Positions 1 to 11,200 of a stretch of DNA of 64,000 nucleotides are shown here, piece after piece; the stretch's first letter is position 1, and each line of letters starts with the position of its first letter. Below the pieces are notes generated by a model. The model had not been told where the DNA came from. It saw only the letters and a list, made by a program, of their open reading frames with translations, and ran no database searches. The stretch is from Mobula hypostoma (taxonomy: Eukaryota): contig NC_086097.1 in NCBI RefSeq assembly GCF_963921235.1, positions 92,444,001 through 92,508,000 of the forward strand, read 5' to 3'. The translations under genes were made by a program, and so were the position numbers.

Positions 1-269
1 GACCGAGTCAACTCCTCCAGTCCCAGAGTCAACTCCTCCAGTCCGAGACAACTCCTCCAGTCCAAGAGTCAACTCCTCCAGTCCCAGAGTCAACTCCTCC
101 AGTCCCAGAGTCAACTCCTCCAGTCCGAGTCAACTCCTCCAGTCTGAGTCAAGTCCTTCAGTCCCAGAATCAACTCCTCCAGTCCGATTCAATTCCTCCA
201 GTCCCAGAGTCAACTCCTCCAGTCAGAGTCAAATCCTCCAGTCCCAGAGTCAACTTCTCCACTCCGAGT

Positions 270-2085
270 CAACTCCTCCAGTCCCAGAATCAACTCCTCC
301 AGTCCGAGACAACTCCTCCATCCCCAGAGGAAACTCCTCCGGTCCCAGAGTCAACTCCTCCAGTCCGAGTCAACTCCCCTTGTCCGAGTCAACTCCAGCA
401 GTCCGAGTCAAATCCTCCAGCCCCAGAGGCAACTCCGCCGGTCCCAGAGTCAACTCCTCCAGTCCGAGTCAACTCCTCCATTTAGAGTCGACTACTCCAG
501 TCCAAGGTTCAACACCTCCAGACCGAGTGAACTCCTCCAGTCTGAGGCAACTCCTCCAGCCCCAGAGGCAACTCCTCCGGTCCCAGAGTCAACTCCTCCA
601 GTCCGAGTCAACTCCTCCAGTCCAAGAGTCAACTCCTCCAGTCCGAGTCAACTCCTCCAGTCGCAGAGTCAACTCCTCCAGTCCGAGTCAACTCCTCCAC
701 ACCCAGAGTCAACTCCTCCAGTCCCAGAGTCAACTCCTCCAGTCCCAGAGTCAACTCCTCCAGTCCGAGTCAACTCCTCCAGTCCAAGAGTCAACTCCTC
801 CAGTCCCAGAGTCAACTCCCACTGTCCGAGTCAACTCCTTCAGTCAGAGTCAAATCCTCCAGTCCCAGAGTCAACTCCTCCAGTCCGAGTCAACTCCTCC
901 AGTCCCAGAGTCAACTCCTCCAGTCCGAGTCAACTCCTCCAGTCCGAGTCAACTCCTCCAGTCCAAGAGTCAACTCCACCAGTCCGAGTCAACTCCACCA
1001 GTCCAAGTCAACTCCTCCATTCCGAGTCAACTCCTCCAGTCCAAGAATCAACTCCTCCAGACCGAGTCAACTCCTCCAGTCGCAGAGTCAACTCCTCCAG
1101 TCCGAGTCAACTCCTCCAGCCCCAGAGTCAACTCCTCCAGTCCCAGAGTCAACTCCTCCAGTCCCAGAGTCAACTCCTCCAGTCCGAGTCAACTCCTCCA
1201 GTCCAAGAGTCAACTCCTCCAGTCCCAGAGTCAACTCCCACTGTCCGAGTCAACTCCTTCAGTCAGAGTCAAATCCTCCAGTCCCAGAGTCAACTCCTCC
1301 AGTCCGAGTCAACTCCTCCAGTCCGAGTCAACTCCTCCAGTCCCAGAGTCAACTCCTCCAGTCCCAGAGTCAACTCCTCCAGTCCGAGTCAACTCCTCCA
1401 GTCCCAGAGTCAACTCCTCCAGTCCGAGTCAACTCCTCCAGTCCCAGAGTCAACTCCTCCAGTCCCAGAGTCAACTCCTCCAGTACGAGTCAAATCCTCC
1501 AGTCTGAGTCAAATCCTCCTGTCCCAGAGGCAACTCCTCCAGTCCCAGAGTCAACTCCTCCAGTCCCAGAGTCAACTCCTTCATTCCGAGTCAACTCACG
1601 TTGCCCGAGTCAACTCACGCTGCCCGAGTCAACTCCTTCTGTCCGATAAAATCCTCCAGTCCCAGAATCTACTCCCACTGTCCGAGTCAACTCCTGCAGT
1701 CCGAGACAAATCCTCCAGTCCCAGAGTCAACTTCTCCAGTCCGAGTCAACTCCTCCAGTCCCAGAGTCAACTCCTCAAGTCCGAGTCAACTCCTCCAGTC
1801 CCAGAAACAACTCCTCCAGTCCCAGAATCAACTCCTCCAGTCCGAGTCAACTCCTCCATCCCCAGAGGAAACTCCTCCGGTCCCAGAGTCAACTCCTCCA
1901 GTCCGAGTCAACTCCCCTTGTCCGAGTCAACTCCAGCAGTCCGAGTCAAATCCTCCAGCCCCAGAGGCAACTCCGCCGGTCCCAGAGTCAACTCCTCCAG
2001 TCCGAGTCAACTCCTCCATTCCGAGTCGACTACTCCAGTCCAAGAGTCAACTCCTCCAGACCGAGTGAACTCCTCCAGTCTGAGT
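270..2085 (+). repeat. Diverged segment containing a roughly 275-bp variant block duplicated at 1538-bp offset
   Basis: The block CCATCCCCAGAGGAAACTCC...CCCCTTGTCC...CTCCAGCAGTCC...CTCCGCCGGTCCC...GAGTCGACTAC occurs at about 270-545 and about 1808-2083. ORFs at 380 and 1918 start with identical peptides. Confidence 0.85.
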
Positions 2086-2099
2086 CAACTCCTCCAGTC

Positions 2100-5000
2100 C
2101 CAGTGTCAACTCCTCCAGTCCGAGTCAACTCCTTCAGTCCAAGAGTCAACTCCTCCAGTCCCAGAGTCAACTCCTCCAGTCCGAGTCAACTCCTCCAGTC
2201 CGAGTCAACTCCTCCAGTCCGAGTCAACTCCTCCAGTCCGAGTCAACTCCTCCAGTCCGAGTCAACTCCTCCAGTCCGAGTCAACTCCTTCAGTCCCGAG
2301 TCAACTCCTCCAGTCCCAGAGTCAACTTCTCCAGTCCCAGAGTCAACTCCTCCAGACCAAGAGTCAACTCCTATAGTCCGAGTCAACTCCTCCAGTCCAG
2401 AGTCAACTTCTCCAGTCCGAGTCAACTCCTCCAGTCCCAGAGTCAACTCCTCCAGTCCCAGAGTCAACTCCTCCAGTCCGAGTCAACTCCTCCAGTCCAG
2501 AGTCAACTCCTCCAGTCCCAGAGTCAACTCCCACTGTCCGAGTCAACTCCTTCAGTCAGAGTCAACTCCTCCAGTCCCAGAGTCAACTCCTCCAGTCCGA
2601 GTCAACTCCTCCAGTCCCAGAGTCAACTCCTCCAGTCCCAGAGTCAACTCCTCCAGTCCCAGAGTCAACTCCTCCAGTCCCAGAGTCAACTCCTCCAGTC
2701 CGAGTCAACTCCTCCAGTCCCAGAGTCAACTCCTCCAGTCCGAGTCAACTCCTCCACACCCAGAGTCAACTCCTCCAGTCCAGAGTCAACTCCTCCAGTC
2801 CGAGTCAACTCCTCCAGTCCGAGTCAACTCCTCCAGTCCCAGAGTCAACTCCTCCAGTCCGAGTCAACTCCTCCAGTCCAAGAGTCAACTCCTCCAGTCC
2901 CAGAGTCAACTCCTCCAGTCCGAGACAACTCCCCTTGTCCGAGTCAACTCCTCCAGACCGAGTCAACTCCTCCAGCCCCAGAGTCAACTCCTCCAGTCCG
3001 AGTCAACTCCTCCAGTCCGAGTCAACTCCTCCAGTCCAAGAGTCAACTCCTCCAGTCCGAGTGAACTCCTCCAGTTCCAGTCAACTCCTCCAGTCCCAGA
3101 GTCAACTCCTCCAGTCCCAGAGTCAACTCCTCCAGTCCAAGTCAACTCCTCCAGTCCGAGTCAACTCCTCCAGTCCCAGAGTCAACTCCTCCAGTCCGAG
3201 TCAACTCCTCCAGTCCCAGAGGCAACTCCTCCAGTCCCAGAGTCAACTCCTCCTGTCCAAGTCAACTCCTCCAGTCCCAGAGTCAACTCCTCCAGTCCGA
3301 GTCAACTCCTCCAGTCCGAGTCAACTCCTCCAGTCCGAGTCAACTCCTCCAGTCCCAGAGTCAACTCCTCCAGTCCCAGAGTCAACTCCTCCAGTCCCAG
3401 AGTCAACTCCTCCAGTCCGAGTCAACTCCTCCAGTCCGAGTCAACTCCTCCAGTCCGAGTCAACTCCTCCAGTCCAGAGTCAACTCCTCCAGTCCGAGTC
3501 AACTCCTCCAGTCCGAGTCAACTCCTCCAGCCCCAGAGGCAACTCCTCCCGTCCCAGAGTCAACTCCTCCAGTCCGAGTCAACTCCTCCAGTCCCAGAGT
3601 CAACTCCTCCAGTCCCAGTCAACTCCTCCAGTCCGAGTCAACTCCTCCAGTCCAAGAGTCAACTCCTCCAGTCCGAGTCAACTCCTCCAGTCCGAGTCAA
3701 CTCCTCCAGTCCCAGAGTCAACTCCTCCAGTCCGAGTCAACTCCTCCAGTCCGAGTCAACTCCTCCAGTCCGAGTCAACTCCTCCAGTCCCAGAGTCAAC
3801 TCCTCCAGTCCCAGAGTCAACTCCTCCAGTCCGAGTCAACTCCTCCAGTCCCAGAGTCAACTCCTCCAGTCCGAGTCAACTCCTCCAGTCCGAGTCAACT
3901 CCTCCAGTCCGAGTCAACTCCTCCAGTCCCAGAGTCAACTCCTCCAGTCCCAGAGTCAACTCCTCCAGTCCAGAGTCAACTCCTCCAGTCCGAGTCAACT
4001 CCTCCATTCCGAGTCAACTCCTCCAGACCGAGTCAACTCCTCCAGACCCAGAGTCAACTCCTCCAGTCCGAGTCAACTCCTCCAGTCCGAGTCAACTCCT
4101 CCAGTCCAGAGTCAACTCCTCCAGTCCAGAGTCAACTCCTCCAGTCCCAGAGTCAACTCCTCCAGTCCGAGTCAACTCCTCCAGTCCCAGAGTCAACTCC
4201 TCCAGCCCCAGAGTCAACTCCTCCAGTCCCAGAGTCAACTCCTCCAGTCCGAGTCAACTCCTCCAGTCCCAGAGTCAACTCCTCCAGTCCGAGTCAACTC
4301 ACCCTGCTTGAGTCAACTCCTCCAGTCCGAGTCAACTCCTCCAGTCCCAGAGTCAACTCCTCCAGTCCGAGTCAACTCCTCCAGTCCGAGTCAACTCCTC
4401 CAGTCCCAGAGTCAACTCCTCCAGTCCGAGTCAACTCCTCCAGTCTGAGTCAACTCCTCCAGTCCAGAGTCAACTGCTCCAGTCCAGAGTCAACTCCTCC
4501 CCACCCAGAGTCAACCCCTCCAGTCCAGAGTTAACTCCTCCAGTCCGAGTCAACTCCTCCAGTCCGAGTCAACTCCTCCAGTCCCAGAGTCAACTCCTCC
4601 AGTCCGAGTCAACTCCTCCAGTCCGAGTCAACTCCTCCAGTCCCAGAGTCAACTCCTCCAGTCCCAGAGTCAACTCCTCCAGTCCCAGAGTCAACTCCTC
4701 CAGTCCGAGTCAACTCCTCCAGTCCCAGAGTCAACTCCTCCAGTCCCAGAGTCAACTCCTCCAGTCCCAGAGTCAACTCCTCCAGTCCCAGAGTCAACTC
4801 CTCCAGTCCGAGTCAACTCCTCCAGTCCGAGTCAACTCCTCCAGTCCGAGTCAACTCCTCCAGTCCCAGAGTCAACTCCTCCAGTCCGAGTCAACTCCTC
4901 CAGTCCAAGTCAACTCCTCCAGTCCGAGTCAACTCCTCCAGTCCCAGAGTCAACTCCTCCAGTCCGAGTCAACTCCTCCAGTCCCAGAGTCAACTCCTCC

Positions 5001-8000
5001 AGTCCGAGTCAACTCACACCGCATGAGTCAAATCCTCCAGTCCCAGAGTCAACTCCTCCAGTCCGAGTCAACTCCTCCAGTCCCAGAGTCAACTCCTCCA
5101 GTCCGAGTCAACTCCTCCAGCTTGAGTCAACTCCTCCAGTCCGAGTCATCTCCTCCACACCCAGAGTCAACTCCTCCAGTCCAAGTCAACTCCTCCAGTC
5201 CCAGAGTCAACTCCTCCAGTCCGAGTCAACTCCTCCAGTCCCAGAGTCAACTCCTCCAGTCCGAGTCAACTCCTCCAGTCCCAGAGTCAACTCCTCCAGT
5301 CCGAGTCAACTCCTCCAGTCCGAGTCAACTCCTCCAGTCCGAGTCAACTCCTCCAGTCCCAGAGTCAACTCCTACAGTCCGAGTCAACTCCTCCAGACCC
5401 AGAGTCAACTCCTCCAGTCCGAGTCAACTCCTCCAGTCCAGAGTCAACTCCTCCAGTCCGAGTCAACTCCTCCAGTCCCAGAGTCAACTCCTCCAGTCCG
5501 AGTCAACTCCTCCAGTCCGAGTCAACTCCTCCAGTCCAAGAGTCAACTCCTCCAGTCCCAGAGTCAACTCCTCCAGTCCGAGTCAACTCCTCCAGTCAGA
5601 GTCAACTCCTCCAGTCCCAGAGTCAACTCCTCCAGTCCGAGTCAACTCCTCCAGTCCCAGAGTCAACTCCTCCAGTCCGAGTCAACTCCTCCAGTCCGAG
5701 TCAACTCCTCCAGTCCCAGAGTCAACTCCTCCAGTCCGAGTCAACTCCTCCAGTCCCAGAGTCAACTCCTCCAGTCCGAGTCAACTCCTCCAGCCCCAGA
5801 GGCAACTCCTCCGGTCCCAGAGTCAACTCCTCCAGACCGAGTCAACTCCTCCAGTCCCAGAGTCAACTCCTCCAGTCCGAGTCAACTCCTCCAGTCCCAG
5901 AGTCAACTCCTCCAGTCCGAGTCAACTCCTCCAGTCCGAGTCAACTCCTCCAGTCCCAGAGTCAACTCCTCCAGTCCCAGAGTCAACTCCTCCAGTCCAG
6001 AGTCAACTCCTCCAGTCCGAGTCAACTCCTCCAGTCCGAGTCAACTCCTCCAGTCCGAGTCAACTCCTCCAGTCCCAGAGTCAACTCCTCCAGTCCGAGT
6101 CAACTCCTCCAGTCCAGAGTCAACTCCTCCAGTCCCAGAGTCAACTCCTCCAGTCCGAGTCAACTCCTCCAGTCCAGAGTCAACTGCTCCAGTCCAGAGT
6201 CAACTCCTCCCCACCCAGAGTCAACCCCTCCAGTCCAGAGTTAACTCCTCCAGTCCCAGAGTCAACTCCTCCAGTCCGAGTCAACTCCTCCCCACCCAGA
6301 GTCAACCCCTCCAGTCCAGAGTTAACTCCTCAATTCCGAGTCAACTCCTCCATTCAGAGTCAACTCCTCCAGTCCGAGTCAACTCCTCAAGTCCGAGTCA
6401 ACTCCTCCAGTCCAGAGTCAACTCCTCCAGTCCGAGACAACTCCTCCAGTCCAGAGTCAACTCCTCCAGTCCGAGTCAACTCCTCCAGTCCGAGTCAACT
6501 CCTCCAGTCCCAGAGTCAACTCCTCCAGTCCGAGTCAACTCCTCCAGTCCGAGTCAACTCCTCCAGTCCCAGAGTCAACTCCTCCAGTCCGAGTCAACTC
6601 CTCCAGTCCCAGAGTCAACTCCTCCAGTCCCAGAGTCAACTCCTCCAGTCCGAGTCAACTCCTCCAGTCCCAGAGTCAACTCCTCCAGTCCGAGTCAACT
6701 CCTCCAGTCCCAGAGTCAACTCCTCCAGTCCGAGTCAACTCCTCCAGTCCGAGTCAACTCCTCCAGTCCCAGAGTCAACTCCTCCAGTTCCAGTCAACTC
6801 CTCCAGTCCCAGAGTCAACTCCTCCAGTCCGAGTCAACTCCTCCAGTCCCAGAGTCAACTCCTCCAGCCCCAGAGTCAACTCCTCCAGTCCCAGAGTCAA
6901 CTCCTCCAGTCCGAGTCAACTCCTCCAGACCCAGAGTCAACTCCTCCAGTCCGAGTCAACTCCTCCAGTCCGAGTCAACTCCTCCAGTCCGAGTCAACTC
7001 CTCCAGTCCCAGAGTCAACTCCTCCAGTCCGAGTCAACTCCTCCAGTCCCAGAGTCAACTCCTCCAGTCCCGAGTCAACTCCTCCAGTCCAGAGTCAACT
7101 CCTCCAGTCCGAGTCAACTCCTCCAGTCCCAGAGTCAACTCCTCCAGTCCGAGTCAACTCCTCCAGTCCAAGAGTCAACTCCTCCAGTCCCAGAGTCAAC
7201 TCCCACTGTCCGAGTCAACTCCTCCAGTCCGAGTCAACTCCTCCAGTTCCAGAGTCAACTCCTCCAGTCCGAGTCAACTCCTCCAGACACAGAGTCAACT
7301 CCTCCAGTCCGAGTCAACTCCTCCAGTCGCAGAGTCAACTCCTCCAGTCCCAGAGTCAACTCCTCCAGTCCGAGTCAACTCCTCCAGTCCGAGTCAACTC
7401 CTCCACACCCAGAGTCAACTCCTCCAGTCCGAGTCAACTCCTCCAGTCCCAGAGTCAACTCCTCCAGTCCGAGTCAACTCCTCCAGTCCCAGAGTCAACT
7501 CCTCCAGTCCGAGTCAACTCCTCCAGTCCGAGTCAACTCCTCCAGTCCGAGTCAACTCCTCCAGTCCCAGAGTCAACTCCTCCAGTCCGAGTCAACTCCT
7601 CCAGTCCGAGTCAACTCCTCCAGTCCCAGAGTCAACTCCTCCAGTCCGAGTCAACTCCATCATTCAGAGTCAACTCCTCCAGTCCCAGAGTCAACTCCTC
7701 CAGTCCGAGTCAACTCCTCCAGTCCGAGTCAACTCCTCCAGTCCCAGAGTCAACTCCTCCAGACCCAGAGTCAACTCCTCCAGTCCCAGAGTCAACTCCT
7801 CCAGTCCCAGAGTCAACTCCTCCAGTCCGAGTCAACTCCTCCAGTCCCAGAGTCAACTCCTCCAGTCCAGAGTCAACTCCTCCAGTCCGAGTCAACTCCT
7901 CCAGTCCCAGAGTCAACTCCTCCAGTCCGAGTCAACTCCTCCAGTCCCAGAGTCAACTCCTCCAGTCCGAGTCAACTCCTCCAGCCCCAGAGGCAACTCC

Positions 8001-8200
8001 TCGGGTCCCAGAGTCAACTCCTCCAGTCCGAGTCAACTCCTCCAGTCCGAGTCAACTCCTCCAGTCCAGAGTCAACTCCTCCAGTCCCAGAGTCAACTCC
8101 TCCAGTCCGAGTCAACTCCTCCAGTCCCAGAGTCAACTCCTCCAGTCCGAGTCAACTCCTCCAGTCCCAGAGTCAACTGCTCCAGACCCAGAGACAACTC
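2100..8200 (+). repeat. Highly homogeneous near-consensus block of 19/21-mers
   Basis: Long runs with few substitutions. Stop-free frames of 2.3-3.5 kb (2103-4448, 5023-8487) reflect low divergence. Confidence 0.85.
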
Positions 8201-8249
8201 CTCCAGCCCCAGAGGAAAACTCCTCCGGTCCCAGAGACAACTCCTCCAG

Positions 8250-11200
8250 TCCGAGTCAACTCCTCCAGTCAAAGAGTCAACTCCTCCATTCCGAGTCAAC
8301 TCACCCTACCCGAGTCAACTCCTTCAGTCCGATCAACTCCTCCAGTCCGAGTCAACTCCTCCAGTCCGAGTCAACTCCTCCAGTCCCAGAGTCAACTCCT
8401 CCAGTCCGAGTCAACTCCTCCAGTCCGAGTCAACTCCTCCAGTCCCAGAGTCAACTCCTCCAGTCCGAGTCAACTCACCCTGCTTGAGTCAAATCCTCCA
8501 GTCCCAGAATCAAACCCTCCAGTCCGAGTCAACTCCTCCAGTCCCAGAGTCAACTCCTCCAGTCCGAGTCAAATCACCCAGCTTGAGTCAACTCCTTCAG
8601 TCAGAGTCAAATCCTCCAGTCCGAGAGTCAACTCCTCCAGTCCGAGTCAACTCCTCCAGTCCCAGAGTCAACTCCTCCAGTCCGAGTCAACTCCATCATT
8701 CTGAGTCAACTCCTCCAGACCCAGAGTCAACTCCTCCAGACCCAGAGTCAACTCCTCCAGTCCGAGTCAACTCCTCCAGTCCGAGTCAACTCCTCCAGTC
8801 CGAGTCAACTCCTCCAGTCCCAGAGTCAACTCCTCCAGTCCCAGAGACAACTCCTCCAGTCCCAGAGTCAACTCCTCCAGTCCGAGTCAACTCCTCCAGT
8901 CCGAGTCAACTCCTCCAGTCCCAGAGTCAACTCCTCCAGACCCAGAGTCAACTCCTCCAGTCCCAGAGTCAACTCCTCCAGTCCGAGTCAACTCCTCCAG
9001 TCCCAGAGTCAACTCCTCCAGTCCCAGAGTCAACTCCTCCAGTCCGAGTCAACTCCTCCAGTCCCAGAGTCAACTCCTTCAGTCCGAGTCAACTCCTCCA
9101 GCCCCAGAGGCAACTCCTCCCGTCCCAGGGTCAACTCCTCCAGTCCGAGTCAACTCCTCCAGTCCGAGTCAACTCCTCCAGTCCGAGTTAACTCCTCCAG
9201 CACCAGAGTCAACTCCTCCAGTCCGAGTCAACACCCCCTGTCCGAGTCAACTCCTTCAGTCCGAGTCAACTCCTCCAGCCCCAGAGGCAACTCCTCCGGT
9301 CCCAGAGTCAACTCCTCCAGACTGAGTCAACTCCTCCAGTCCGAGTCAACTCCTCCAGACCCAGAGTCAACTCCTCCAGTCCGAGTCAACTCCTCCAGTC
9401 CGAGTCAACTCCTCCAGTCCGAGTCAACTCCTCCAGTCCGAGTCAACTCCTCCAGTCCCAGAGTCAACTCCTCCAGTCCCAGAGTCAACTCCTCCAGTCC
9501 GAGTCAACTCCTCCAGTCCCAGAGTCAACTCCTCCAGTCCCAGAGTCAACTCCGCCAGTCCGAGTCAACTCCTCCAGTCCCAGAGTCAACTCCTCCAGTT
9601 TGAGTCAACTCCTCCAGTCCAAGAATGAACTCCTCCAGACCCAGAGACAACTCCTCCAGCCCCAGAGGCAACTCCTCCAGTCCCAGAGACAACTCCTCCA
9701 GTCCGAGTCAACTCCTCCAGTCCGAGTCAACTCCTCCAGTCCGAGTCAACTCCTCCAGTCCAGAGTCAACTCCTCCAGTCCGAGTCAACTCCTCCAGTCC
9801 CAGAGTCAACTCCTCCAGTCCGAGTCAACTCCTCCAGTCCCAGAGTCAACTCCTCCAGTCCCAGAGTCAACTCCTCCAGCCCCAGAGGCAACTCCTCCAG
9901 TCCCAGAGTCAACTCCTCCAGTCCGAGTCAACTCCTCCAGTCCCAGAGTCAACTCCTCCAGTCCGAGTCAACTCCTCCAGTCCGAGTCAACTCCTCCAGT
10001 CCGAGTCAACTCCTCCAGTCCGAGTCAACTCCTCCAGTCCGAGTCAACTCCTCCAGTCCCAGAGTCAACTCCTCCAGTCCGAGTCAACTCCTCCAGTCCC
10101 AGAGTCAACTCCTCCAGTCCCAGAGTCAACTCCTCCAGTCCGAGTCAACTCCTCCAGTCCGAGTCAACTCCTCCAGTCCCAGAGTCAACTCCTCCAGTCC
10201 GAGTCAACTCCTCCAGACCCAGAGTCAACTCCTCCAGTCCGAGTCAACTCACCCTGCTTGAGTCAACTCCTTCAGTCCGAGTCAACTCCTCCAGTCCCAG
10301 AGTCAACTCCTCCAGTCCGAGTCAACTCCTCCAGTCCCAGAGTCAACTCCTCCAGTCCGAGTCAACTCCATCATTCTGAGTCAACTCCTCCAGTCCGAGT
10401 CAACTCCTCCAGTTCCAGAGTCAACTCCTCCAGTCCGAGTCAACTCCTCCAGTCCGAGTCAACTCCTCCAGTCCGAGTCAACTCCTCCAGTCCCAGAGTC
10501 AACTCCTCCAGTCCCAGAGTCAACTCCTCCAGTCCCAGAGTCAACTCCTCCAGTCCGAGTCAACTCCTCCAGTCCGAGTCAACTCCTCCAGTCCCAGAGT
10601 CAACTCCTCCAGACCCAGAGTCAACTCCTCCAGTCCCAGAGTCAACTCCTCCAGTCCGAGTCAACTCCTCCAGTCCCAGAGTCAACTCCTCCAGTCCGAG
10701 TCAACTCCTCCAGTCCGAGTCAACTCCTCCAGTCCCAGAGTCAACTCCTCCAGTCCGAGTCAACTCCTCCAGTCCGAGTCAACTCCTCCAGCCCCAGAGG
10801 CAACTCCTCCGGTCCCAGAGTCAACTCCTCCAGTCCCAGAGTCAACTCCTCCAGTCCGAGTCAACTCCTCCAGTCCGAGTCAACTCCTCCAGTCCGAGTC
10901 AACTCCTCCAGTCTGAGTCAACTCCTCCAGTCCAAGAATGAACTCCTCCAGACCCAGAGACAACTCCTCCAGCCCCAGAGGCAACTCCTCCAGTCAGAGG
11001 CAAATCCTCCAGTCCGAGTCAACTCCTCCAGTCAAAGAGTCAACTCCTCCATTCCGAGTCAACTCACCCTACCCGAGTCAACTCCTTCAGTCCGATCAAC
11101 TCCTCCAGTCCGAGTCAACTCCTCCAGTCCGAGTCAACTTCTCCAGTCTGAGTCAAATCCTCCAGTCCCAGAATCAACTCCTCCAGTCCGAGTCAACTCA

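Noticed and set aside
558..584. Chi-like (GCTGGAGG on the minus strand) or PRDM9-like (CCTCCAGTCCCAG) recombination motifs
   Set aside because: Only partial matches to short, taxon- or allele-specific motifs, which are expected by chance in a CC-rich monomer.
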